Assembly (NCBI GenBank): GCA_046590395.1
Contig: JBKJUE010000047.1
Coordinates: forward strand, 2,899 to 66,898
From: Nocardioides sp.
Lineage (GTDB): Bacteria; Actinomycetota; Actinomycetes; Propionibacteriales; Nocardioidaceae
Reading direction: 5' to 3'
DNA: 64,000 bases
Below, piece by piece: positions 50,166 through 59,985 of this stretch (the stretch's first letter is position 1; each line of letters opens with the position of its first letter). Made by a program: the position numbers and the translations under genes. The notes beneath the pieces were generated by a model. The model saw only the letters and a list, made by a program, of their open reading frames with translations. It was not told the DNA's origin and ran no database searches.

Positions 50166-51766
50166 CGGCTTGCCTTTCCACGCAGGAGGTCGGCGGCCCG
50201 CTCGCCGATCATGATCGAGGGGGCGTTGGTGTTGCCGCGGGTGACCATCGGCATGACGCTGGCGTCGGCGACGCGGAGCCCGTCGACGCCGCGCACCCGA
50301 AGCTCGGGGTCGACCACGGCCCGTTCGTCGCCGCCCATCGCGCACGTGCCGACCGGGTGGTAGAGCGTCTGCGACAGAGCACGGATGTGGTCGACGATCT
50401 GGGCATCGGTCGGGTCGCTCCCCCAGGCCTCCATCGTCGGCAGGCCGGGCCCGGCGATGTGCGCGGCCAGCGGGCCGGTCGACACGGTCTCCAGCAGTCG
50501 TCGTACGCCGGAGGTCATGGCGTCGAGGTCGGTCTGGTCGTCGTAGTAGCCGGGGTCGATCTCCGGGTGCCAGCGCGGGTCGGTCGAGCGGAGCCGGATC
50601 GAGCCGCGGCTGGCGACGTGCACCAGAGTGGGGGCGACGGTGACGTTGCGGTGGGTGGGCTCGTGGAGGCCGTTGTCGTAGAACCCGGACGGCGCGACGT
50701 GCACCTGGAGGTCGGGAGCGGAGAGCTGGTCCGACGAGCGCCAGAACCCGCCACCTTCGCCGACGTTGGAGACCAGGGGGCCGGTGCCGGTCGTCTTCGC
50801 CCGGACGAACTGGGCCAGGTTGTTGTGGTCCATCAGGTCGCCTATCCCACGAGTCCGGAAGACCAGGGGAACGGCGGGGTGGTCGTGGAGGTTCTGTCCG
50901 ACGCCGGGCAGGTCGACCACCACGTCGACGCCGACCTCGCGCAGGTGGGCCCCTGGCCCGATGCCCGAGAGCATCAACAGCTGGGGCGAGTTGACCGCAC
51001 CCCCGGAGAGCACGACCTCGGCGTCGACGTACGTCGTCCGGCTGGTCGCGCCGTGCTGGTAGGTGACCCCGATGGCGCGGCCGCCCTCGATGACGACCCG
51101 CTCGGCGAGCGCGCCGGTCCGGATCGTCAGGTTCGGCCGGTCCGCTGCCGGCTCGAGGTAGGCCTTGGCCGTCGACCAGCGGCGCCCCTTCTTGCAGGTG
51201 ACCTGGTAGAGGCCGGCGCCCTCCTGCTCGGCGCCGTTGAAGTCGTCGGTGGGCTTGAACCCGGACGCCACCGCGGACTCGACCCACAGCTCGGTCAGGG
51301 GGTGGGTGTAGCGCCGGTCCTCGACGTGCAGCGGACCGTCCTGTCCGTGGAGCGGGCCACCGAGGCGAGTGTTGCCCTCGGAGCGGATGAACGCCGGCAG
51401 CACGTCGTCGTACCCCCACCCGGTGGCGCCGTAGGCGTCGCGCCACGTGTCGAAGTCGGCGCGATTGCCGCGGATGTAGATCATGGCGTTCATCGACGAG
51501 CAACCGCCGAGCGCCTTCATCCGCGGCCAGTAGGCGCGCCGGCTCTCCAGCTGCTTCTGCTCGGAGGTCTGGTAGTTCCAGTCCCACCGGGTCTTGAACA
51601 GGTTCGGGAAGGCAGCCGGGATGCTGATCTCGTCGGCGTCGGCCGGCCCACCTGCCTCGAGGAGCAGCACGCTGGTGCGTGGGTCCTCGCTCAGCCGGGC
51701 GGCCACCACGGCGCCCGCGCTCCCGGCGCCGACGACCACGTAGTCGAACGTCTCCCGCTCCGGCAT
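50162..51766 (-). CDS. GMC-family oxidoreductase (choline dehydrogenase-like)
   Basis: VVGAGSAG, LGGCSSMNAMIYIRG, GQNLHDH, YHPVGTC, GNTNAP. Confidence 0.93.
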   Translation of the reverse strand: MPERETFDYVVVGAGSAGAVVAARLSEDPRTSVLLLEAGGPADADEISIPAAFPNLFKTRWDWNYQTSEQKQLESRRAYWPRMKALGGCSSMNAMIYIRGNRADFDTWRDAYGATGWGYDDVLPAFIRSEGNTRLGGPLHGQDGPLHVEDRRYTHPLTELWVESAVASGFKPTDDFNGAEQEGAGLYQVTCKKGRRWSTAKAYLEPAADRPNLTIRTGALAERVVIEGGRAIGVTYQHGATSRTTYVDAEVVLSGGAVNSPQLLMLSGIGPGAHLREVGVDVVVDLPGVGQNLHDHPAVPLVFRTRGIGDLMDHNNLAQFVRAKTTGTGPLVSNVGEGGGFWRSSDQLSAPDLQVHVAPSGFYDNGLHEPTHRNVTVAPTLVHVASRGSIRLRSTDPRWHPEIDPGYYDDQTDLDAMTSGVRRLLETVSTGPLAAHIAGPGLPTMEAWGSDPTDAQIVDHIRALSQTLYHPVGTCAMGGDERAVVDPELRVRGVDGLRVADASVMPMVTRGNTNAPSIMIGERAADLLRGKASR

Positions 51767-51769
51767 GTC

Positions 51770-52915
51770 CTACCCCTTCGTCGAGCCCACCTCCGGGCCG
51801 TGCGTCACCGTGCTGACAGTGACACCCATCACCTTGGCACGTCGGTGGTCAGGGGTCTGCCCCGCGTCCGCCGCCATGAGACGTCGTCCGGCGCCCGGCA
51901 GTGTGAACAACGCCCCGAGCCCCAGCCGCAGCAACGCCGCGTGGACGACGAGGGTCCCGGCAACCACGAGAGCCGTCACGACCACGGGGTACGCCGTCGC
52001 GAGCGGCAGCGCGAGCGCGTCGGGACCGAGGTCCGGGCCGAGACCCAGGTGGTGCAGGATGCCCAGCACCGGGATGTGGAGAACGTAGACCGGCAGGGTC
52101 CGGCGCCCGATCCACGACAGCGTCTGGGCCGTGCGCGGCGCCCGGGCCACCCGCACGGCGACCAGGACGCCCCACGGCAGCCCGATCAGGCTCAGCAGGA
52201 CGACGTCGAGGCTCGTCGGCAGCCCGGCGTAGGTCATCGCCGCCGAGGACACGACCAGCGTGACGGTGAGAGCCGGGAGAACCCCGGCCCGGGTCCAGGT
52301 CGCGGCGCGTCGCACCAGGTGCGGGAAGCGGGCGCCGAGAACGAAGTAGGCGAGGTGCAGCAGCACCGAGACCCGGTTGGCCTCCTCGATCGGGAGGAGG
52401 GAGGCCACTGCGGCCAGAGCCGTCGCCCCGGCCAGCACCGCACCGGCCGGCAGCCCGGCCGTGAGTCGGACCAGCACGAAGTACACGGCGAGGGCGTACA
52501 GGAACCACAGACCCGTCGACGCGAACACGAGGTCGAGGACCAACTCGTCGAAGTCCTGCACCCGGTTCATGGGAAGTTCCCGCTCCCAGGTCGTGAAGGC
52601 GGCCAGCAGCAGGAGCCACACGACGTACAGGTAGACCGAGGTGGCGATCCGGCGGGTGACGTCGGCCCACGGACGATCCACGGCGGACGCCGCGAAGAAG
52701 CCGCTGAGCACGAAGAACAAGGGCATCCGGACCGGCTTGAAGGCGTGCGTGAGCGAGTTCCACGCGTCCGCCACCGCGATCAGGTGGCTGGGCACGAGGG
52801 CGTCGTACTGCTTGGTCGTGGCGTGGTGCAGAACGACCAGCACGATGCAGGCCCCCTTGGCAACGTCCGCCCACGGGAGGCGGACGCGCGCTCGGACAGG
52901 CGCCTCGGCGGGCAT
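51770..52915 (-). CDS. Acyltransferase family 3 membrane protein
   Basis: DVAKGACIVLVVLHH, RMPLFFVLSG, LWFLYAL, TLPVYVLH. Confidence 0.85.
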   Translation of the reverse strand: MPAEAPVRARVRLPWADVAKGACIVLVVLHHATTKQYDALVPSHLIAVADAWNSLTHAFKPVRMPLFFVLSGFFAASAVDRPWADVTRRIATSVYLYVVWLLLLAAFTTWERELPMNRVQDFDELVLDLVFASTGLWFLYALAVYFVLVRLTAGLPAGAVLAGATALAAVASLLPIEEANRVSVLLHLAYFVLGARFPHLVRRAATWTRAGVLPALTVTLVVSSAAMTYAGLPTSLDVVLLSLIGLPWGVLVAVRVARAPRTAQTLSWIGRRTLPVYVLHIPVLGILHHLGLGPDLGPDALALPLATAYPVVVTALVVAGTLVVHAALLRLGLGALFTLPGAGRRLMAADAGQTPDHRRAKVMGVTVSTVTHGPEVGSTKG

Positions 52916-53047
52916 GGGTCTCCTGACGACGTTGGGAGGGCGGCTCGCCGGAAGACGGCTCGGCCCAACACGGTGTACCCCGCGTAGACGTCTCCCAGAC
53001 GTCATCGAGACCAGCGCCACACGAACGCTGGCCGCGCCGGGCGATCC

Positions 53048-54865
53048 TCAGGCGGCGGAGGGCGGTGGTTCCTCGCGAGGCAGGGTGGTGTCGATGGCGC
53101 GCATGAGCTCCTTCATCCCGCCACCCTTCTGCACGAACTGGGAGGCGCCGAGGGCCAGCGCCTGGTCGCCGATCCGCTGGTCGAAGCCGGAGAGGACGAT
53201 GACCCGGGCGCCAGGAGCGGCGAGCAGGATGTGCGGCAGCGCCTCCAGCCCGTCCATCTCGGGCATGGCGAGGTCGAGCAGGACGAGGTCGGGCTGCAGC
53301 TCCCTGGCCAGCGAGATGGCCTCACCTCCCGTCCCTGCCTCACCGACCACCTCGAACCCCTCCCTGCGCTCCAGGTAGAGCCGCTCGAGCAGGCGCATGT
53401 CCTCGGAGTCGTCCACGATCAGGATTCTCCGTGTGGCGGCACCCTGAGATTGGCCGGCTCCTGCTGGATCGCCCTCGGCGGCAGGCCCTGTGCTGTCGCG
53501 GAGCGTCGAGGCATCCTGGCGCACGAGGTCCCCGGGCTTGAGGGCGTCACCGTCGAGAGGCTCGAGGAGGTCGTTCATCATGGCCCGGGCCGAGGCGAGG
53601 GTGAGCTGGACGTAGTCCGCGGCCGCACTCATGTCAGAGCCCTCGAGGCAGTACACGGAAGCGGTCAGGCCCTGGATGATGTTGTCGTTGATCTCCACCG
53701 CCTGTCGGCGGCGCACCTGGGCCTCGCGCACGGTCACCGCCAGCGCCTCACTGGCGATGCGGGGTCGGGCGTCGCGGAGGAATACCGCGACCAGGTCGTC
53801 GTCGACCCCCGGGTTCAGCTCGCTGGCGAAGACATCGAGCACGCGCGGCTGCCCGTCGAGATCCCGTCCCTCGACGCCCAGGGTCTGAGCTCCGGCGACC
53901 TGCACGAACTGGTCGAGGGGCTGTCCCACCGGGTCGCCGCCGAGGAGGGCCCTGCCGCGGTCGTTGGTCTGCACGATCCGGCCGGCCTCGAGCACCAGGA
54001 TCGCATCTCCGCTCGCCTCCACCAGAGCCTGGAAGCGGGCGCTGACCCGGGCGGCCAGCTGCTCGGCCAGCACCAGATCGGTGATGTCGATGCAGGTTCC
54101 GCGCATCCGGACCGGCGTCCCGGCCTCGTCCATGATCACCTGCCCGTTGGAGGACAGGAATCGGGTCTCGCCATCGGGCCGCTGGACCCGTTCGATCATC
54201 TGGTAGGGCTCGCCGGAGGCGTACGCCCGACGGTGGACCGCCGTGATCCGTTCGCGATCATCGGGATGGATGTGGGAGATGAACCGCTCATAGCTGGCGT
54301 TGAAGGACTGCGGTTCGTGGCCATAGATCCGGTAGAGCTGGTCGGACCAGCGGTTCGTGTCGCTCGTGATGTGCCAGTCGTAGTCTCCCATGTTGGCGAG
54401 GAGCTGCGCGTTGTCGACCCGCTGAGTCAGGTCGGCGAGGTCGGCCTCGACCTGGGAGCGACTCACGGCCGTCTCCAGCATGGCGCCGACGATGTCGAGG
54501 AGGTCCCTGCGCGCCGGGTCGCCGTGGTAGGCCAGCACGAGCACGAGCGTGCCGAGCTCGTCCGACAGTTGGTGCGCCAGCACGGTCCGGACGCCGCCGT
54601 TGCTCCAGGGGCTGGGAATCGTGAGCTCGCGCCACCCCGGGGAGTCCGCCACGAGGGCCGGAGCCAGCTCGTCGGTGGCAAGCGTCGTCCCGCACTGGGC
54701 GGAGACCGTCACGTCGTCGGCGTGGGGGCGCAGGGCGTAGGCGGCGTCCGCGCCGGTCACCTCGGCGACCAGGGGGAGCGATCGACCCAGCAGTGTGACG
54801 ACATCCTGCCGGACGCGGCACTCGCCGGCGAGCTGGGAGAGCAGGCGCTCGGGTGCGTCCGCCAT
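53048..54865 (-). CDS. PAS-PAS / degenerate HisKA_3 / receiver-domain signalling protein
   Basis: PAS_3 (WSDQLYRIYG, IHPDDRE, GTCIDIT), a second PAS, EINDNIIQGL and a C-terminal REC domain (IVDD, LLDLAMPEMDG). Confidence 0.8.
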   Translation of the reverse strand: MADAPERLLSQLAGECRVRQDVVTLLGRSLPLVAEVTGADAAYALRPHADDVTVSAQCGTTLATDELAPALVADSPGWRELTIPSPWSNGGVRTVLAHQLSDELGTLVLVLAYHGDPARRDLLDIVGAMLETAVSRSQVEADLADLTQRVDNAQLLANMGDYDWHITSDTNRWSDQLYRIYGHEPQSFNASYERFISHIHPDDRERITAVHRRAYASGEPYQMIERVQRPDGETRFLSSNGQVIMDEAGTPVRMRGTCIDITDLVLAEQLAARVSARFQALVEASGDAILVLEAGRIVQTNDRGRALLGGDPVGQPLDQFVQVAGAQTLGVEGRDLDGQPRVLDVFASELNPGVDDDLVAVFLRDARPRIASEALAVTVREAQVRRRQAVEINDNIIQGLTASVYCLEGSDMSAAADYVQLTLASARAMMNDLLEPLDGDALKPGDLVRQDASTLRDSTGPAAEGDPAGAGQSQGAATRRILIVDDSEDMRLLERLYLERREGFEVVGEAGTGGEAISLARELQPDLVLLDLAMPEMDGLEALPHILLAAPGARVIVLSGFDQRIGDQALALGASQFVQKGGGMKELMRAIDTTLPREEPPPSAA

Positions 54866-55118
54866 GATGGCCTCACTCTCCGGCGCCACACCGTGCCAGC
54901 CGCTGGGCGCCCGGGTATCGATCGGGCCCGAGCCCCTCAGGGCCAGCCTAGCGCCGCTGGCCACGCCCGCGTCGCGGGGGTCCCCATGGCCTCCGACGTC
55001 GGGCCACCCCGCCGGACGACCCCGCCGGACGACCGTCCCGACCGGGTTCCGGGAGCCACGAAGGAAGCAGCCCGAGCCACTCGGTCAAGGAGGGCCCGGG
55101 CTCTGGCACGGCGATCGG

Positions 55119-55191
55119 AGCCGCCTATCGGAATCGAACCGATGACCTTCTCATTACGAGTGAGACGCTCTACCGACTGAGCTAAGGCGGC
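55119..55191 (-). tRNA. tRNA-Thr (CGT)
   Basis: GCCGCCTTAGCTCAGTCGGTAGAGCGTCTCACTCGTAATGAGAAGGTCATCGGTTCGATTCCGATAGGCGGCT; CCA is not encoded. Confidence 0.97.
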
Positions 55192-55276
55192 GCGTTGCCC
55201 GGTGCCTGATCACGATCAGTCCGGGCAACCCGGGGAAGTATACGGACGGCCGCCGTGGGGAGCGAAACCGGCGGCG

Positions 55277-55459
55277 TCAGGCCGCGAGCGCCACCCTCGC
55301 GGGTCGCCCGGAAGCGAGACCGGTGGTGCTCGTCTGCTCCGTGCCGCACCAGCAGGTGAAGGTGAGGACGATGCCCTGGTCGGTGTTGGTGAGCGACGCG
55401 ACCTGGCTCGGGAAGATCAGCTGGCGCTTGTCGCAGGCGGTGCAGTAGTGGTCGAACAT
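55277..55459 (-). CDS. Small Cys-rich protein (putative zinc ribbon)
   Basis: 60 aa with CTAC...CWCG; GGGAGG RBS; divergent from LysR. Confidence 0.7.
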   Translation of the reverse strand: MFDHYCTACDKRQLIFPSQVASLTNTDQGIVLTFTCWCGTEQTSTTGLASGRPARVALAA

Positions 55460-55564
55460 GAGGTGACCTCCCTCAGAGATGGTGAATGTCTGCCAGGACT
55501 ATTCTGGAGGGAGTCCAGTCATAGGGGTAGCCTCACTTTCCATCAGCACCTCAAGGAGATCCCT

Positions 55565-56494
55565 ATGCTTTCGCTGCACCAGCTTCGCTGCTTCCTGGCC
55601 ACCTACGAGCACGGGTCGCTGACGGCCGCAGCCGAGGAGCTCGGCTACGCGCAGCCTTCGGTCTCCGAGCAGATCCGGGCCTTGGAGAAGACGCTCGGCA
55701 CGACGCTCTTCCGGCGGGTCGGGCGCGGGGTCGTGCCGACCACCGTCGGCGACTCGCTCCGTCCGCACGCCGAGGCGACACTCGCCGCCGCGGCCGAGGC
55801 GCGGAGGGCCGTGCAGAGCGTCGTCGCCCTGGAGACCGGCACGATCCGGTTCGGGATGTTCGGCACCGCGCGGCTGTACGCCGGAGCGGGGCTGGTCGCC
55901 GATGTCCTCGCGCGGCACCCCGGGGTGCGGGTCGAGCTGATCGGCCAGAACTCCTCGGACGTCCAGGACGAGCTGCGACGCGGGCGCCTGGAGGCGGCGA
56001 TGATCGCCGTACCGACCGTCACCAGCGAGGGCATGACGGTGACGCCGGTGGCGCGCGACGAGCTCGTCTACATCAGCGCCGACCCGGAGCGGTTGAAGAG
56101 CCCCGTCACCGCACAGAAGCTGGCGGAGGCCTCGGTCGTGATGCCGGAGACGACGTGGCGCTCCGACGACTCGACCCGGATCGTGCTGCGGCGGATGCTC
56201 CACGAGACCGGCCGCAACCCGCAGACCAGGATCGAGGTCGAGGACGTCGAGACCGCCGTCGAGCTGGTCGGGATGGGGCTCGCCGACTCGGTGATCCCGC
56301 GCGGCGCCGCCGAGCAGCTCCTCCCCCGCCTGGCGCCGACGGCCGGCTGGGTCTCGCTACGGCCCCGTCAGTACGACATGCTCGCGATCGTGCACCGCGC
56401 CGGGGCCACCCTGTCGCCGGCAGCGAAGCTGATGATCGAGCTGGCGACCGCGCGGATCCAGTCCATCGCCGAACCCGTGAAGGTCAGCAGGTGA
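55565..56494 (+). CDS. LysR-family transcriptional regulator
   Basis: GSLTAAAEELGYAQPSVSEQIRALE HTH; AAGGAG RBS. Confidence 0.93.
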   Translation: MLSLHQLRCFLATYEHGSLTAAAEELGYAQPSVSEQIRALEKTLGTTLFRRVGRGVVPTTVGDSLRPHAEATLAAAAEARRAVQSVVALETGTIRFGMFGTARLYAGAGLVADVLARHPGVRVELIGQNSSDVQDELRRGRLEAAMIAVPTVTSEGMTVTPVARDELVYISADPERLKSPVTAQKLAEASVVMPETTWRSDDSTRIVLRRMLHETGRNPQTRIEVEDVETAVELVGMGLADSVIPRGAAEQLLPRLAPTAGWVSLRPRQYDMLAIVHRAGATLSPAAKLMIELATARIQSIAEPVKVSR

Positions 56495-58040
56495 GGCCGT
56501 CGTCGGGGACGGTCTCCTCGATCAGGTAGGCCTCGATCGCCTCGTCGACGCACGCGTTGCCGGAGTTGTAGCCCGTGTGCCCGTCGCCGTCGCGGCTGAC
56601 CAGCACCCCGGACTCCAGCTGCTCGGCCAGCGCCTCCGCCCAGCGGTACGGCGTGGCCGGGTCCCGGGTGGTGCCGACGACCACGATCGGGGCCGCGCCC
56701 TCACCACGCACCGTCAGCGGCTTCTCGGTGGACTCGACCTGGATCCCGGAGCAGCCGACCAGCCCCCAGGCGAAGACCGCGCCGAACGTGGGCGAGGCCT
56801 GCTCGAACTCCGGGATCGCTGCCGGCACCTGCCCGGCCGGGATGGAGTAGGGGTCGTCGAGGCAGTTGATCGCGTAGATCGCCTCGCCACTGTTGTCGTC
56901 GTACCCGTCCTGGCCACGCGACCAGTAGAGGTCGGACAGCTCGAGCAGGGCGGTCCCGTCGCCGTCGAAGCCCGCCTGCAGCGCCTGGCTCAGCACGAAC
57001 CAGTAGTCCTCGACGTAGAGCGGGGCGACGATCCCGTAGAAGGCGTTGCCGACCGCGAGCTCGCGGTCGCCGGCGGGGAGCGGGTCGGCGTCGACGTCGT
57101 CGATGAACTCGGCGATGCGGGCCACCCCGGCGTCGACGTCGGCGCCGAGGAAGCAGGACTCGGTGAACTCGACGCAGTTCTCGACGTAGGCCCGGAGCGC
57201 GGTCTCGAACCCCTCCGCCTGCTCCAGGCTGAGCTGGCGCGAAGGGATGGAGAGGTCGACGGCACCGTCGAGCACGAACCGGCCGACCTGCTCGGGGAAC
57301 AGCTCGGCGTACGTCGCACCGAGCTTGGTGCCGTAGGAGGCGCCGAAGTAGGTCAGCGTCGACTCGCCGAGGACGGCGCGGATGACGTCCATGTCGCGCG
57401 CCGCCTCGATCGTCGAGACGTGGGCGGCCAGGTCGCCCGACAGCTCGGCGCAGCCGGCACCGATGGCCTGAGCCAGCCCGACCAGCGAGTCGACCTCGTC
57501 GGGGCTGTCGGGTTCGGGGTCGCCGGCGATGTAGCCGTCGAGGTCCTCGTCGGACAGGCAGTCGACGGGGCTGCTGTCTCCGGTGCCGCGCGGGTCGAAG
57601 CCGACGATGTCGAACTGCTGGAGCAGGGGGTCACGGAAGACGAAGTCGGACTGGGCGGCGTACTCGGTGCCGGGGGCGCCGGGGCCGCCAGGGTTGACGA
57701 CCAGCGAGCCGATCCTGCGATCCGGGTCGGACGCGGGGGCCTTGAGCAGCGCGAGGTCGATGGTGTCGCCGTCGGGCTTCGCGTAGTCCAGCGGCACCGT
57801 GACCGTCGCGCAGTAGAACGGCCCGCGGCACTCCTCCCAGGTCGGCTCCTGCTCGTAGAACTGCGCGAGCGCGGGGTCGGGCGCATCGGTGGAGCCGGGC
57901 TCCGGCGTCGGGGTGACGGCGACCCGCGGGTCGTCCGGGGCGGGCGACCCCTCGTCGGCGACCATCAGCGCGAGCGCGGCGATGCCGACGACCGCGAGCA
58001 CCATCGCGGCGACGACGAGGACGACCACGAGGCGCTTCAC
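56484..58040 (-). CDS. Membrane-anchored/secreted alpha/beta hydrolase (tripeptidyl-aminopeptidase-like)
   Basis: VPLDY, NPGGPG, FDPRG, GASYG, DPATP, GHT. Confidence 0.9.
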   Translation of the reverse strand: MKRLVVVLVVAAMVLAVVGIAALALMVADEGSPAPDDPRVAVTPTPEPGSTDAPDPALAQFYEQEPTWEECRGPFYCATVTVPLDYAKPDGDTIDLALLKAPASDPDRRIGSLVVNPGGPGAPGTEYAAQSDFVFRDPLLQQFDIVGFDPRGTGDSSPVDCLSDEDLDGYIAGDPEPDSPDEVDSLVGLAQAIGAGCAELSGDLAAHVSTIEAARDMDVIRAVLGESTLTYFGASYGTKLGATYAELFPEQVGRFVLDGAVDLSIPSRQLSLEQAEGFETALRAYVENCVEFTESCFLGADVDAGVARIAEFIDDVDADPLPAGDRELAVGNAFYGIVAPLYVEDYWFVLSQALQAGFDGDGTALLELSDLYWSRGQDGYDDNSGEAIYAINCLDDPYSIPAGQVPAAIPEFEQASPTFGAVFAWGLVGCSGIQVESTEKPLTVRGEGAAPIVVVGTTRDPATPYRWAEALAEQLESGVLVSRDGDGHTGYNSGNACVDEAIEAYLIEETVPDDGLTC

Positions 58041-59185
58041 CGGTCGGCCCCCTCGGGGACCTTGAGCGCGAGCATCATCGACTCGAGCGCGAGGGGGACG
58101 GGCACGTTGAACTCCAGCATCTGCTCGCGGGCGTCGAAGATCCAGCCGATCCGGCGCAGGTTGAGCTCGGGGGTGGCGGCACGGACGACCTTGTCGACGT
58201 CGGGCCGGATCTCCTCGTTGACCAGGGCGCCGGGGGCTCCGACCGCGATCGCCACGGCATCGCGGTAGACGGACACCAGGTCCATCAGGCTGCGGTCGAC
58301 GACGTCGAGGTGGCGCCGCTTGGCCCGGGTCTTCTGGGCCTTCTCCATCGCGGAGAGCGCGGGGGCGTACTCGCGGGGGCGCCGGCCCCGCTCGACCACG
58401 CCGTACGACGCGTCGAGGTCGGACTTCTCCCGGGCGTCCAGCTCGCCGGTGATCAGGTCGGCCTCCTCCTTGGTCACCTCGTGGAGGTTGGAGGCGGCGT
58501 TCATGCAGGCACCGAGGGAGGTCAGCCTGGCCGGGATCGTCACGACCTCGTGGCGGCGGTTGCGGGTGGCCTCGTCGCGGGCCAGCGCGCGGGCCCGGCC
58601 GATGTGGCCCTGGCTGGCGCGGGCGGCGTACGCCGCAAGACCCTCGGCGACACCGTCGGTGCGGACGAGGAACTCGGCGACGTCGGCCGTGCTGGGCGTG
58701 GTCAGCGTGAGGAGGCGGCAGCGGGAGCGGATGGTGGAGAGGACGTCCTCGACGGTCGGGGCGCAGAGCATCCAGACGGTGCGGGGTGTGGGCTCCTCGA
58801 TCGCCTTGAGGAGGGCGTTGCAGGCCTGGTCGGTGAGCCGGTCGGCGTCCTCGACGATCATGATCTGCCAGCGACGGCCCACCGGCGCGAGCGCGGCCCG
58901 CCGGACCAGGTCGCGCACCTCGTCGACACCGATCGACAGCTTCTCGGTGCGGATGACGTTGACGTCGGCGTGGGAGCCCTTGAGCGCGGTGCGGCAATCG
59001 TGGCAGGTGCCGCAGCCCTGCTGCTCGCACTGGAGGGCGGCCGCAAAGGCGATCGCGGCGTTGGAGCGTCCGGAGCCGGGCGGGCCGGTGAAGAGCCAGG
59101 CGTGGCTCATGCCGTGGCCGCCGGCCGCGGTGGCCAGGGCCGAGGCTGCGACCTTCTGTCCGACGAGGTTGTCCCAGACGGTCAT
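58037..59185 (-). CDS. holB: DNA polymerase III delta' subunit
   Basis: HAWLFTGPPGSG, CxxxxCxxCxxC Zn module, NALLKAIEEP, TIRSRC. Confidence 0.95.
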   Translation of the reverse strand: MTVWDNLVGQKVAASALATAAGGHGMSHAWLFTGPPGSGRSNAAIAFAAALQCEQQGCGTCHDCRTALKGSHADVNVIRTEKLSIGVDEVRDLVRRAALAPVGRRWQIMIVEDADRLTDQACNALLKAIEEPTPRTVWMLCAPTVEDVLSTIRSRCRLLTLTTPSTADVAEFLVRTDGVAEGLAAYAARASQGHIGRARALARDEATRNRRHEVVTIPARLTSLGACMNAASNLHEVTKEEADLITGELDAREKSDLDASYGVVERGRRPREYAPALSAMEKAQKTRAKRRHLDVVDRSLMDLVSVYRDAVAIAVGAPGALVNEEIRPDVDKVVRAATPELNLRRIGWIFDAREQMLEFNVPVPLALESMMLALKVPEGADR

Positions 59186-59832
59186 CGGACGGCCTGCCCC
59201 AGGAGCGGCTTGACCCGGTCGCGGATCGCTGCCGAGAGCTCGGTGACGGGGGCGCGGGCGTCGAGGACGAGGTAGTGGTCGGGGTCGGCCTCGGCCAGTG
59301 CGAGGAACGCGGCGCGGACCCGCTGGTGGAACTCGAGGGACTCGCCCTCGATCCGGTCCCGCTCGGCGAACCGGCCCAGTCCCGCCTCGGGAGGCAGGTC
59401 GAGGACGACGGTCGCGTGGGGCCGCAGGTCGGTGGTCGCCCAGCGCTGGACCCACTCGACCTCGGCGCCGTCCAGAGCCCGGCCCGCACCCTGGTAGGCG
59501 AGCGACGAGTCGACGTACCGGTCGGTGATCACCACCTCGCCCCGGTCGAGGGCCGGACGGACCACGGTGTCGACGTGCTCGGCCTTGTCGGCGGCGTACA
59601 GGAGGACCTCGGTGCGGTGGGACAGCTCGCCGGTCGCCGGGTCGAGCACGATCTGCCGCAGCTTGCGGCCGACCTCGGTGTCGCCGGGCTCGAAGGTCAG
59701 CAGGGTCCGGAACCCCTCGCCGCGCAGCCACTCCTGGAGCAGCCGGCTCTGGGTCGACTTCCCCGACCCCTCACCGCCCTCGAAGCACACGAACACGCCC
59801 CGCTCGGCGTAGACGCCCTCGTAGTCCTGCAC
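59182..59832 (-). CDS. tmk: Thymidylate kinase
   Basis: FEGGEGSGKSTQ, EPG, DRYVDSSLAYQG. Confidence 0.95.
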   Translation of the reverse strand: MQDYEGVYAERGVFVCFEGGEGSGKSTQSRLLQEWLRGEGFRTLLTFEPGDTEVGRKLRQIVLDPATGELSHRTEVLLYAADKAEHVDTVVRPALDRGEVVITDRYVDSSLAYQGAGRALDGAEVEWVQRWATTDLRPHATVVLDLPPEAGLGRFAERDRIEGESLEFHQRVRAAFLALAEADPDHYLVLDARAPVTELSAAIRDRVKPLLGQAVR

Positions 59833-59875
59833 GAGGGTGACGCTACGAGGTCCCACCGACTTTCCCAACGCCGCA

Positions 59876-59985
59876 CCCACGAAGTGGCAGAAACTCCCCC
59901 GCGAAGTGGCAGTTGTGATGGTCCGAAGTGGGAGTTGTGGCGACCACAACCCCCGCCTCGACCAGCGACAACTCCCACTTCGTGG
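59876..59985. repeat. Palindromic 22-bp-period array (CGAAGTGGCAG family), copy 1
   Basis: Forward units start at 59880, 59902 and 59924; central hairpin GTTGTGG-CGA-CCACAAC; reverse units end at 59960 and 59982. Confidence 0.88.

Noticed and set aside
51770-55118. Genomic island integrated at the tRNA-Thr 3' end
   Set aside because: No integrase and no duplicated tRNA 3' end (att site) were seen by eye.
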